From positions 1,056,001 through 1,120,000 of the forward strand of contig OZ220696.1 in NCBI GenBank assembly GCA_965116495.1: DNA of 64,000 nucleotides, written 5' to 3'. The position numbers were made by a program, and so were the translations under genes. Source of the DNA: Gammaproteobacteria bacterium. Lineage in GTDB: Bacteria > Pseudomonadota > Gammaproteobacteria > Eutrophobiales > Eutrophobiaceae. A model generated the notes under the pieces. It ran no database searches and had not been told where the DNA came from. It saw only the letters and a list, made by a program, of their open reading frames with translations. Positions 30,638-40,518 of this stretch are shown here, piece by piece; the first letter of the stretch is position 1, and each line of letters begins with the position of its first letter.

Positions 30638-32430
30638 ATGAGCGCAGCCTACCAGTTCATTCAGCATGAATACGATATTGTCGTGGTAGGCGCCGGTGGC
30701 GCCGGGTTGCGCGCCACCTTCGGCATGGCCGAGAAAGAGCTGAAAACGGCTTGCATCACCAAGGTCTTTCCCACCCGCAGCCACACCGTTGCGGCCCAGG
30801 GCGGCATGAGCGCGGCCCTGGGCACATGGGTGAAGACGACTGGCGCTGGCACATGTACGATACCGTCAAGGGGTCGGACTGGCTGGGTGACCAGGATGCC
30901 ATTGAATATATGTGCAAGGAGGCTGCTGCTGCCGTGATCGAACTGGAACATTACGGCGTCCCCTTCTCGCGTACCACGGACGGCAAGATTTACCAGCGTC
31001 CTTTCGGCGGCATGACGACCAACTTCGGTGAAGGCACGGCGCAGCGTACCTGCGCCGCCGCCGACCGCACCGGTCACGCCATCCTGCATACCCTGTACCA
31101 GCAGTCCCTGAAGCATAACGCCGAGTTTTTCGTCGAATATTTTGCCATCGACCTGATCATGGACGATGAAGGCGTGTGTCGGGGTGTCCTGGCCTGGGAC
31201 CTGGAGAAGGGCGACCTGCACTGCTTTCGCGCCCACACCGTGGTCCTGGCTACGGGGGGGTATGGACGCGCCTATTTCTCCTGTACCTCCGCCCATACCT
31301 GCACCGGTGACGGCAATGCCATGATACTGCGCGCCGGCCTGCCTTTGCAGGACATGGAATTCGTCCAATTCCATCCTACCGGCATTTACGGCGCCGGGGT
31401 GCTGATTACCGAAGGAGTGCGCGGCGAGGGTGGCTACCTGACCAATTCGGAGGGTGAAAGATTCATGGAGCGTTACGCCCCCAATGCCAAAGACCTGGCC
31501 TCCCGGGACGTGGTCAGCCGCTCCATGACCATGGAAATCCGGGAGGGGCGCGGGATTGGCCCGGAACGGGACCACCTCCACCTGCACCTGGAACACCTGG
31601 GACCGGATGTGATCAACGAACGCCTGCCCGGGATCGCGGAGTCGGCCCACATTTTCGCCGGAGTGGACGTTTCCAGGGCACCCATTCCCGTCCTGCCTAC
31701 GGTGCATTACAACATGGGTGGGATCCCGACCAACTACCACGGACAGATGGTCACGTTGAAGGACGGCAATCCCGACAGTATCGCCCCCGGCCTCATGGCC
31801 ATCGGGGAAGCGGCCTGCGTATCGGTCCACGGCGCCAATCGTCTCGGCTCAAACAGCCTGCTGGACCTCATCGTGTTCGGCCGCGCCGCGGCCCTGTGTG
31901 CCGCCCGCGAAGTCAAACCCGGCGCTCCCCACAAACCCCTGGGCGCCGCGACGACAGAGCAGTCCCTGGCGCGCTTCGACCGCCTTCGTTATGCCGGCGG
32001 CGGTATGCGTACTGCCGAGATCAGGAACAACATGCAGCGAACCATGCAGACCAACGCCGCGGTCTTTCGCAGCGGTGAGATCCTGGCGGAAGGTGTCGAA
32101 AAAATGGATGCTATTTACCATTCGTTTAACAATGTCAGCACGGCTGATCGTTCCCTGGTCTGGAATACCGACCTGGTCGAGACCCTGGAACTGGAAAACC
32201 TGTTACAGTGCGCGCAGGTAAGCATCCGCTCCGCCGCAAACCGCAGGGAGAGCCGCGGCGCCCATGCCCGGGAGGATTACCCGGAGCGGGATGATGATAA
32301 TTGGATGAAACATACCTTATCGTGGCTGGACCCCGATTCGGGCAGGGTGGATTTCGACTACCGGCCGGTACACCTGTATACCCTGACGGATGAGGTGGAC
32401 GCAATCCCACCGAAAAAGCGGGTATATTAA
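30638..32430 (+). CDS. sdhA: Succinate dehydrogenase flavoprotein, 1-nt frameshift near 30824
   Basis: [19 protein letters not shown]; adding one A restores [13 protein letters not shown]; [17 protein letters not shown]. Confidence 0.95.
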
Positions 32431-32442
32431 TCCGCAGGGATA

Positions 32443-32524
32443 TATCCGCAGATTACCCAGATATACGCAGATGAAAAAAATGAATCAAAAAATAATCTGC
32501 GTTAATCTGCACCATCTGCGGATA
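32443..32524. repeat. CCGCAGAT-arm inverted-repeat element, copy C (short interior)
   Basis: tatccgcagattacccagatatacgcagat, about 20 nt interior, aatctgcgttaatctgcaccatctgcggata. Confidence 0.9.
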
Positions 32525-32567
32525 AAATAATATTTGTGTAAACTGAGGGTAAGCAAAGAGACTTGGT

Positions 32568-33350
32568 ATGGCGCAGCTTACGTTGCCAAAAAATTCGAAA
32601 GTGATGCAGGGAAAAACATTTCCACTGGACGGCAACGTGACGCGGAAAAAAAACCTGCGGGTGTACCGCTGGGACCCGGATGCGGGTGACAACCCGAGGA
32701 TAGATACCTACGAGGTCGACCTGGAGAAATGCGGCCAGATGGTGCTGGACGCGCTTATCCATGTCAAGAATGACATCGACTCGACCCTGACCTTCCGGCG
32801 TTCCTGCCGTGAGGGCATTTGCGGTTCCTGCGCCATGAACATCGACGGCGTCAACACGCTGGCCTGCACCAAATCAATCAGCGATATCAGGCACGATATC
32901 CGGATCTACCCCCTGCCCCACACCCCGGTCGTCAAGGACCTGGTCCCCGACCTGAGCCAGTTCTATGCGCAGTACGCCGACATCAAGCCCTGGATGCAGA
33001 CCCGCTCCCCTGCCCCGGAGGAGAGCGAGCGGCTTCAGTCCAAGGAAGACAGGGAAAAACTCGATGGCCTGTACGAATGTATCCTGTGCGCCTGCTGCTC
33101 CACGTCCTGCCCGAGTTACTGGTGGAACAGCGACCGCTACCTGGGACCGGCAATTTTATTGCAGGCCTACCGCTGGATTATCGACAGCCGGGACGAGAAC
33201 ACCGAAGATCGCCTGGGTGAACTGGAAGACCCGTTCAGCCTGTACCGGTGCCATACGATCATGAATTGCACCAATACCTGCCCGAAGGGCCTGAACCCCG
33301 CCAGGGCCATCGCTGAAATCAAGAAGGAACTTGCAAAGAAAATGCTGTAA
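32568..33350 (+). CDS. sdhB: Succinate dehydrogenase iron-sulfur subunit
   Basis: [34 protein letters not shown]. Confidence 0.97.
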   Translation: MAQLTLPKNSKVMQGKTFPLDGNVTRKKNLRVYRWDPDAGDNPRIDTYEVDLEKCGQMVLDALIHVKNDIDSTLTFRRSCREGICGSCAMNIDGVNTLACTKSISDIRHDIRIYPLPHTPVVKDLVPDLSQFYAQYADIKPWMQTRSPAPEESERLQSKEDREKLDGLYECILCACCSTSCPSYWWNSDRYLGPAILLQAYRWIIDSRDENTEDRLGELEDPFSLYRCHTIMNCTNTCPKGLNPARAIAEIKKELAKKML

Positions 33351-33367
33351 TGACGCCTGTAAACAAT

Positions 33368-33745
33368 AGCCCGCATTTCTCACCAGGCGGTGCGAAGATC
33401 GCTCAGGATTTTAGATGTGCGCCCTCCATGGCGCACACCCTGCGGGTGTCCTGTGGACATCCAAATCTGCTCCTGGCAGATTTGTCCCGCCAGCGGGTGC
33501 CTGCGACCGAAAGCATAGCCGGCCCTGATGCGCCCCATCCTTGGGGCGCCCCCTGCGGGCGCTCTGCGAGCGTCCAAATCTGCTCCAGGCAGATTTGTCT
33601 GGTTGAGGGACAAATCGGCAGGACAGCCGATTTGCACGGCGATAGCCGCCCGAAGGGTTGCGTCCAGGGATGGGCGCAATGAACACGTGCCCGTTGGCGG
33701 GAAAAAGACAAGCGAGGGCGCATCGCCTGGTGAGAAATGCGGGCT
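33368..33745. mobile_element. MITE-like element (378 bp) with 27-bp TIRs carrying three 72-bp-type hairpin modules
   Basis: agcccgcatttctcaccaggcggtgcg / cgcatcgcctggtgagaaatgcgggct (1 mismatch); no transposase. Confidence 0.85.
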
Positions 33746-34084
33746 GATACTGCACGGTTACGCTGGCGCTGCCGGCGCGGCACCCGGGAAATGGACCTGC
33801 TGCTGCTGCGTTTCCTGGAACGGGACTATCCCCGTCTGGATGCCAGGGAACAATCCCTGTTCGGTTCCCTGCTGGATGAGTCCGATCCCGATCTGTATGC
33901 CTGGATAACCGGTCAGGCCGAGCCGGCCAAACCCGACTACCTGCCCATTATCGCTAAAATCAATAACTGTTCACCCAGCGACTCTTCAAGCGTCATAGTG
34001 GACAGGCCTGCCCCGGCATACAGTAAGCCGGGGGATTATCCACTGTCCAGTGCCAGGGACGTTATGAAAATCAATGATCTCTGA
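33737..34084 (+). CDS. sdhE: FAD assembly factor SdhE
   Basis: RLRWRCRRGTREMDLLL..F, LLDESDPDLYAW. Confidence 0.92.
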   Translation: MRADTARLRWRCRRGTREMDLLLLRFLERDYPRLDAREQSLFGSLLDESDPDLYAWITGQAEPAKPDYLPIIAKINNCSPSDSSSVIVDRPAPAYSKPGDYPLSSARDVMKINDL

Positions 34085-34979
34085 CCTACCCGGCTTCCTC
34101 ACACCGATCAGGATAGAAGGCGCGGACGCCGCCGGGTTCCTGCACGGGCAATTCACTACCGACGTCACCGGTCTTGCAGCCGGCCAGGCCGGACTCAGCG
34201 CCTGGTGCGACCCCAAAGGCCGGGTGATCGCCACCTTCATCCTGGCGCGCCTGGATGACGTGTTCCTGTTACTGCTACCCGGCACAGTGAAAGAGGCATT
34301 CGTAAAGCGCCTGAAAATGTTTGTATTGCACGCAGACGTGACTATCGTTGACACAAGCAGTACGCAGCCATTGCAATACTATACCGGCGCGCTGGTGAAA
34401 GACGCTCAATCCCTCTTCCCCGGGTTGGCAAACATTGCGCCGCATTCAGCGCTACGCCATAACGACTATACCCTCATCACCTACCCCGCTGATATCGCGA
34501 TCATCCTGGCCGGCAGTAGAAAAACATCGTTATTAAGGAGAGCATACGAAACCTATTTCAGGGACCAGGGAGTACGCTTCCTGGAAAAAGCCTTTATCCG
34601 CCAAGACATCCCCTGGCTGGACGCGGAAACCAGCGCACGCTTCCTGCCCCAGGAACTCAACCTGGATACCCTGGAGGCCGTGTCATTCAGCAAGGGTTGC
34701 TACCCGGGCCAGGAGATCGTCGCCCGCCTGCGCTACCGCGGCGCAGTCAAACGGCGCCTGTGCCATGCGAGGACGGACAACAAAATCCGCCTGGAACCCG
34801 GCGCGGCGCTGAGGCCGGATGTAGAAGAAAGGAACATCGGTACAGTGGTGAACTCAATCATATCGAGTAAAGGCCAGGAATTATTAATCGTACTGGAACG
34901 TCCGTTTATCGAATCCGGCAAGGTCGTCGCTGAGGATTTCCCGGATTGGTCCGTCGAATCGGTATCAGGTATAGAATAG
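34074..34979 (+). CDS. ygfZ: Folate-binding Fe-S cluster protein YgfZ
   Basis: G.DA..FLHGQFT, PKGR, SFSKGCYPGQEIVAR. Confidence 0.93.
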   Translation: MISDLPGFLTPIRIEGADAAGFLHGQFTTDVTGLAAGQAGLSAWCDPKGRVIATFILARLDDVFLLLLPGTVKEAFVKRLKMFVLHADVTIVDTSSTQPLQYYTGALVKDAQSLFPGLANIAPHSALRHNDYTLITYPADIAIILAGSRKTSLLRRAYETYFRDQGVRFLEKAFIRQDIPWLDAETSARFLPQELNLDTLEAVSFSKGCYPGQEIVARLRYRGAVKRRLCHARTDNKIRLEPGAALRPDVEERNIGTVVNSIISSKGQELLIVLERPFIESGKVVAEDFPDWSVESVSGIE

Positions 34980-35057
34980 TACCCACTCAATCCCCAATCT
35001 ATGGGTGTCCTGGATTTGCGTTACCCCGAGTAAGGTCCGCCTGTATAATGGCCGTTT

Positions 35058-36032
35058 ATGAAACACGGGAAAATCGTTGTAAGCGGGTTTGACCCTGCGT
35101 GGTGGCTGCCTGGCGGGAATTTACAGACCCTGTGGCCGTATTTCTTTCGCCGTAAGACGCATGTGGACCTGGCCCGCGAGCGCCTGGAGTTGCCGGACGG
35201 CGACTTCGTCGATTTGAGTCTGACCGCGAATGCAGGCAACCCGATCGTAGCGGTTTTTCACGGTCTTGAAGGCTGCGTTGACTCCCATTACGTCAGACCG
35301 TTGCTGGCGGCCGTTGAAAAGCGGGGCTGGCACGGTGTGTTCATGCACTTTCGCGGCTGCAGCGGTGAGCATAACCGCCTGGCGCGCAGTTACCACTCGG
35401 GAGATACCGCTGATATCGGGTTCCTGGTAGACCATCTGCACAGGCTCTATCCCGGCGTGCCCATCGCGGCAGCAGGTTATTCGCTGGGCGGTAACGCACT
35501 GTTGAAATACCTTGGAGAGGCAGACCGTAAGGGACAGGTTAATGCGGCGGCGGCCATCTCCGTGCCCTACGTCCTTGCCGAAGGGGCAAAACGGCTCAAG
35601 GCCGGGTTTTCCAGGGTATACCAGCGCCGTCTGCTCGGCCTCCTGAAACGGAAAATCACCGGTAAGTTCAGCACCCGGGACTGTCCTTTTAACCTTGGAG
35701 AGATCGCGCAACTGAATGATTTTTTCCGCTTCGATGACAGGATCACCGCTCCCCTGCACGGTTTCGCCGGGGTGATGGACTATTACACGCGCAGCAGTTC
35801 GCGTCCGTTCCTGAAATCCATCAACGTGCCATCCCTGCTGATCCACGCCCGGAACGACCCTTTCATGAGCGAAGACGTCATCCCGGAAGAAGATGAACTG
35901 TCGGAATCCGTGCAACTGGAACTTGCTGAAACCGGCGGGCACATCGGATTTGTCAGCGGCATGGTGCCGGGTTATGCTTCGTACTGGCTGGAACGAAGGA
36001 TTATCGAATTTTTTGATGGGTATTTGTACTGA
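35058..36032 (+). CDS. YheT-family alpha/beta hydrolase
   Basis: ERLELPDGDFVDL, HGLEG, GYSLGG, DPF, GGHIGF. Confidence 0.9.
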   Translation: MKHGKIVVSGFDPAWWLPGGNLQTLWPYFFRRKTHVDLARERLELPDGDFVDLSLTANAGNPIVAVFHGLEGCVDSHYVRPLLAAVEKRGWHGVFMHFRGCSGEHNRLARSYHSGDTADIGFLVDHLHRLYPGVPIAAAGYSLGGNALLKYLGEADRKGQVNAAAAISVPYVLAEGAKRLKAGFSRVYQRRLLGLLKRKITGKFSTRDCPFNLGEIAQLNDFFRFDDRITAPLHGFAGVMDYYTRSSSRPFLKSINVPSLLIHARNDPFMSEDVIPEEDELSESVQLELAETGGHIGFVSGMVPGYASYWLERRIIEFFDGYLY

Positions 36033-36504
36033 GCGACAATCTTACCTGGTTATAGCCCTGGCGTGCCTGTTGCTGCTGGGGTTCGGCTATTTCCTGCAAT
36101 TCGTCCGGGGCCTGGACCCCTGCCCCCTGTGCATCCTGCAACGGGTCGCTTACATGGGAGTGGGGGTTGTTTGCCTTACAGGGTTCCTGCACGGTTCCGC
36201 GGGCCGTATATACAGTGCACTGGCGCTGGTTTGCGCGCTGGCGGGCGCCGCAATTGCAGGCAGGCAGGTATGGCTGCAACACCTGCCGCCGGAACGGGTG
36301 CCGGAATGCGGCCCGGGGCTGGATTTTATTTTGCAGGCGTTTCCGATTTTCGATGCGCTTAAACTGATTTTCACCGGCTCGGGGGAATGCGCCGAGACCG
36401 TATGGACGTTCCTGTCCCTCAGTATCGCCGAATGGAGCCTGTTCTGGTTTTGCGCGTTGTCAGTCCTGCTCTTGTACCACCTGATAAAATTTGAGCGGGT
36501 TTGA
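36016..36504 (+). CDS. dsbB: Disulfide bond formation protein B
   Basis: PCPLCILQR, RQVWLQ, CGPGL, GSGECA; start trimmed to ATG 36016. Confidence 0.93.
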   Translation: MGICTERQSYLVIALACLLLLGFGYFLQFVRGLDPCPLCILQRVAYMGVGVVCLTGFLHGSAGRIYSALALVCALAGAAIAGRQVWLQHLPPERVPECGPGLDFILQAFPIFDALKLIFTGSGECAETVWTFLSLSIAEWSLFWFCALSVLLLYHLIKFERV

Positions 36505-36532
36505 CTGGATTATGGTATGGATGGCTGTTTGA

Positions 36533-36672
36533 CTGGATTCCGGCTTCCGCCGGAATGACGGATTGACTTCCACCGGAATGACGGATTGACTTCCACCGGA
36601 ATGACGGATTGGCTTCCGTCGGAGTGACGGATTGGCTTAACGGCGGAATGACGGGTTGGCTTAACGGCGGAA
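36533..36672. repeat. REP-derived 23-bp tandem array (about 5.5 units) overlapping the ffh 3' end
   Basis: g(g/a)cttcc(g/a)ccggaatgacggatt units from 36542. Confidence 0.88.
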
Positions 36673-38019
36673 ACCGCGCTGCTGCATATTACCGCCCATT
36701 GCGCGCATCATGTTTTCCATGCCGCCTTTTTTACTCAGCTTTTTCATCATCTTCTGCATCCGGTTGAACTGCTTCAACAGGCGATTGATATCCTGGATCT
36801 GGGTCCCTGAGCCGGAAGCAATGCGTTTTTTCCTGGAACCGTTGATGACGGCCGGAAAGCGCCGTTCTCCGGGCGTCATGGAATTAATGATCGCCTCTGT
36901 TTTTACCAGTTCCCGCTCCTGGCCCCCGATATCCGCAGGCATCTGCTGCATCCCCGGCATCTTGTCAAGCAGACCGGTCAGCCCCCCCATGCGCTGCATC
37001 TGCCGGACCTGGTCGCGAAAATCATCCAGGTCAAACCCCTTTCCCTTTTTCAGCTTCCTGGCGATCTTTTTCGCCTTTTCCTGGTCCGTTTTTTCCTCCA
37101 CCTCCTCAATCAGGCTCAACATGTCGCCCATGCCCAGAATGCGCGAGGCAATCCTGTCGGGGTGAAATCCGGACAACTCCGAGGTTTTCTCACCGGTACC
37201 CAGGAACAGGATAGGCTTGCCGGTGACATGCCGGACCGACAGCGCCGCTCCGCCCCGGGCGTCTCCATCCGCTTTCGTCAATATGACGCCGGTCAGGTCC
37301 AGGGCATCGTTAAACGCCCGGGCTGCATTTACCGCATCCTGGCCCATCATGCTGTCCACCAGGAACAGGGTATCAGTCGGGCTAAGCGCGCCATGGATGT
37401 GTTGAATCTCCGCCATCATTTCATCGTCGATGTGCAACCTTCCGGCAGTATCGACAATCAGGACGTCGGCAAACATCGCCCTGGCGTGTTTCAGCGCTGC
37501 CTTGGCAATGTCTACGGGTTTTTGCTTCCCATCAGCCGGATAGTATTCCAGTTGATTTTCCTGCGCCAGTACCCGCAACTGTTCCAGGGCCGCAGGCCGG
37601 TAGATATCGCAACTGGCCACTACTACTGACTTGCCGTGCTTGTCCCGGCACCAGTTGCCCAGCTTGGCCACCGTCGTGGTCTTGCCGGCGCCCTGCAAGC
37701 CCGCCATCAGAATGACTGCGGGTGGCGGGACGCTTAAATTCAATGAGGCCTGTTCATCTCCCATCAAATGGACCAGTTCATCCTGCACAATTTTGACGAC
37801 GGCCTGTCCCGGGCTGAGGCTGGCCGATACCTCCCGGCCCAGCGCCTTGCTTTCGACCCGCTCGAGAAACGCCTTGACGACCGGCAAGGCTACGTCTGCC
37901 TCCAGCAAGGCCAGGCGTACATCCCGCATGGTGTCCCTGACATTATCTTCCGTCAGGCGCGCATGCCCTCTCAATTGCTGGATGATACGGCTGAACCGCC
38001 CGGTTAAATTTTCAAACAT
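36661..38019 (-). CDS. ffh: Signal recognition particle protein Ffh
   Basis: GLQGAGKTT, DTAGR, TKADGDARGG, IINSMT..ER. Confidence 0.98.
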   Translation of the reverse strand: MFENLTGRFSRIIQQLRGHARLTEDNVRDTMRDVRLALLEADVALPVVKAFLERVESKALGREVSASLSPGQAVVKIVQDELVHLMGDEQASLNLSVPPPAVILMAGLQGAGKTTTVAKLGNWCRDKHGKSVVVASCDIYRPAALEQLRVLAQENQLEYYPADGKQKPVDIAKAALKHARAMFADVLIVDTAGRLHIDDEMMAEIQHIHGALSPTDTLFLVDSMMGQDAVNAARAFNDALDLTGVILTKADGDARGGAALSVRHVTGKPILFLGTGEKTSELSGFHPDRIASRILGMGDMLSLIEEVEEKTDQEKAKKIARKLKKGKGFDLDDFRDQVRQMQRMGGLTGLLDKMPGMQQMPADIGGQERELVKTEAIINSMTPGERRFPAVINGSRKKRIASGSGTQIQDINRLLKQFNRMQKMMKKLSKKGGMENMMRAMGGNMQQRGFRR

Positions 38020-38039
38020 GTTGCCCTCTTGTTATATAT

Positions 38040-38188
38040 ATCCGCAGATGGCGCGGATTTACGCAGATTATATGTGAATTTTACCGGTAACAATCGAAAT
38101 CCGGCAGGCAATCTGACATCCGTTCACAATTCGAGTAAACTCGTTTTATTAAAACCGTTACGCAATATCATCTGCGCTAATCTGCGGA
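38040..38188. repeat. CCGCAGAT-arm inverted-repeat element, copy D
   Basis: atccgcagatggcgcggatttacgcagatt ... atctgcgctaatctgcgga. Confidence 0.85.
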
Positions 38189-38195
38189 CTACTAA

Positions 38196-39011
38196 ATGGA
38201 AACCGGCATTATCATCGTTATCGGCACAATTCTATTCTACTTACTGGTCACTGGCTGGTTGGGAAACAGAATATTTCGCCTGCACCTTACGACGGAGGCA
38301 TTTAACCACCCGATTGCCGCGCTTGCGGGCCTGGCGCTGTCAGGTCACGCCTTGATTCTCTACCAGGAAATCCTGGTCCATCAAGGCTTCAACCTGGGCT
38401 TTTACCATGCCCTCTCCCTTGTATGCTGGGTAATTGCCCTGCTTGCCGTCCTGACGGGTCTGTTCAGCGCCATGATCAACCTGGTTGTCATCTTCTTCCC
38501 GATTGCCGCGCTTGCGCTATTACTGGAAATTGCCCTGCCAGTCGAAAATATCATCCCCGGCGGCATTGCTGCCGGACTGAAGATACATATCTTGCTGTCG
38601 GTAACAGCATACAGCCTGCTCACAATAGGCGCACTGCAAGCGCTGATCCTGGCCGTTGAGGAAACGCGGCTGCGTAAAAAGCAACCCGTGAAAGTCATGA
38701 ATATCCTGCCTCCCATGCAAACCCTGGAGGAGTTGCTGGTGCAGATATTGACGATCGGTTTTTTTCTCCTCAGCCTGAGTCTGGCCACAGGTTTGATGTT
38801 CCTGCACGACATGCTGGGGCAGCATTTGTCCCATAAAGTGGTTCTATCCGTCCTGGCCTGGTTCATTTTTGCGGTTGTCCTCTGGGGAAGATGGGCCCGC
38901 GGCTGGCGCGGCCGTAAACTGATCCAGTGGACCCTAGGCGGCTTTGCTTCCCTGTTGCTGGCGTATTTCGGTTCGAAACTCGTCCTGGAACTCATTCTCC
39001 AGCGAGTCTGA
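38196..39011 (+). CDS. CcsA/YpjD-like cytochrome c assembly family membrane protein
   Basis: HILLS..AY, LPPMQTLE, HK.VLS..AW, GWRG, LAYFGSK; divergent from ffh. Confidence 0.9.
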   Translation: METGIIIVIGTILFYLLVTGWLGNRIFRLHLTTEAFNHPIAALAGLALSGHALILYQEILVHQGFNLGFYHALSLVCWVIALLAVLTGLFSAMINLVVIFFPIAALALLLEIALPVENIIPGGIAAGLKIHILLSVTAYSLLTIGALQALILAVEETRLRKKQPVKVMNILPPMQTLEELLVQILTIGFFLLSLSLATGLMFLHDMLGQHLSHKVVLSVLAWFIFAVVLWGRWARGWRGRKLIQWTLGGFASLLLAYFGSKLVLELILQRV

Positions 39012-39047
39012 CCGGCAGCGCGCGCGTGACCGGGAATGAGTCACCGG

Positions 39048-39194
39048 CTGGATTCCGGCTTGCGCCGGAATGACGAGGGTTGCGCCGGAATGACAGGGGT
39101 TGTGCCGGAATGACGAAAACGTCATGCCGGGCCTGACCCGGCATCTACTGGGTTCCGGCTTGCGCCAAATGGCTGGGGTTGCGCCGGAATGACA
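39048..39194. repeat. REP-like cluster (GCCGGAATGAC units)
   Basis: ttgcgccggaatgac repeated about 4 times plus inverted gtcatgccgggcctgacccggcatc. Confidence 0.85.
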
Positions 39195-39255
39195 CTTGCA
39201 TCCTCCCATTGAATAAGTAGACAATATCCGTCCACTCCAAACTGAGGCTATACCC

Positions 39256-40512
39256 GTGGACGATGTTTCACTTTACCTGTTATCCGGCTCTCTTATCCTG
39301 CTGATCGCCGTAGCCGCATTCTTTTCCGGTTCCGAAACCAGCATGATGGCCGTCAATCGCTACCGCCTGCGCCATCTTGCCGATGACGGGCACAAGGGCG
39401 CCATGCTGACCGCCAACCTGCTGGAACGACCAGACCGCCTGCTGGGCCTGATACTGTTCTGTAATAACATCGTCAACTTCTATGTCGCCGCCCTCGGCGT
39501 GGTTATTGCGGTGAGGTTGATGGGCGATATCGGTTATGCGCTGGGGCCGGTGATACTTACCTTTATTTTTCTGGTATTGGCCGAGGCCGCGCCAAAAACC
39601 ATGGCCGCATATCACCCGGAACGTTTCGCCTTTCCCGCGTCCTATATCCTGAGACCGCTGTCAGTCATCTGCCAGCCTTTCGTCTTGACAATCAACTGGC
39701 TCGCCAACAACCTCCTGGCAATGCTGCGCTTCAAACTGGAAGAAGCACAGCAAACCAGCCTGTCGCGGGAAGAACTGAAGACCGCGCTTTCGGAAGCCGG
39801 CAAGATGCTCCCCTCCAGACACCTGGAAATGCTGCATGGCATCCTCGACCTGGAACAGGTCACGGTAGAAGACATCATGGTGCCGCGTGCTGAAATAACG
39901 GGACTGGATATCAACGATGATTTGACAGAAAATCTGAATTACGTCAGCCAGGGTTCCCATACCCGCCTGCCGCTATACCGGGACAGCCTGGATGAGGTTA
40001 TCGGCGTTATTCACGTACGGCGCGTCATACGCCTGTTGAAAGACACCAGTGAAATCACCCTGGAAGATCTGGAACAAATTGCTGAAGAGCCTCATTTCGT
40101 CCCGCTCAGCACGTCGCTGAACGCACAGTTGCTGAATTTTCAGCGGACTAAAAAACGCCTGGGATTTGTGGTTGACGAATACGGGACAATCCAGGGCCTG
40201 GTTACCCTGGCCGATATCCTGGAAGAGATAGTCGGCGAGTTCACGACGGACCTGCAGACCTACAGTGCCGACATCACCACCCAGGATGACGGATCATTCA
40301 TCATTGACGGCAGCGCAACCCTGCGAGAGATAAACCGGGAACTGGACTGGAAACTGCCGGCCAGCGGGCCAAAAACCCTGAACGGGCTAATCCTGGAACG
40401 GCTGGAGACCATGCCGGAACCGGGTACGACCCTGAAGCTTGATAACTTCACACTGGAAATTACCCAGGTAATGGACAACGCGGTGAAGTCGGTCAGGGTG
40501 AAACTGTTATAA
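39256..40512 (+). CDS. HlyC/CorC (CNNM-CBS) family protein, YfjD-like
   Basis: FFSGSET, RPDRLLG.IL, V.DIMVPR, VVDEYG.IQGLVTL.DILEEIVG. Confidence 0.93.
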   Translation: MDDVSLYLLSGSLILLIAVAAFFSGSETSMMAVNRYRLRHLADDGHKGAMLTANLLERPDRLLGLILFCNNIVNFYVAALGVVIAVRLMGDIGYALGPVILTFIFLVLAEAAPKTMAAYHPERFAFPASYILRPLSVICQPFVLTINWLANNLLAMLRFKLEEAQQTSLSREELKTALSEAGKMLPSRHLEMLHGILDLEQVTVEDIMVPRAEITGLDINDDLTENLNYVSQGSHTRLPLYRDSLDEVIGVIHVRRVIRLLKDTSEITLEDLEQIAEEPHFVPLSTSLNAQLLNFQRTKKRLGFVVDEYGTIQGLVTLADILEEIVGEFTTDLQTYSADITTQDDGSFIIDGSATLREINRELDWKLPASGPKTLNGLILERLETMPEPGTTLKLDNFTLEITQVMDNAVKSVRVKLL

Positions 40513-40518
40513 TCCGGG

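Noticed and set aside
30818-30830. sdhA pseudogene
   Set aside because: A single missing A in AAC; the rest of the gene and operon are intact, and the error type matches ftsK
36542-36672. Possible mini-CRISPR or iteron array
   Set aside because: Units are contiguous with no spacers, match the dispersed REP class, and no rep or cas gene is nearby
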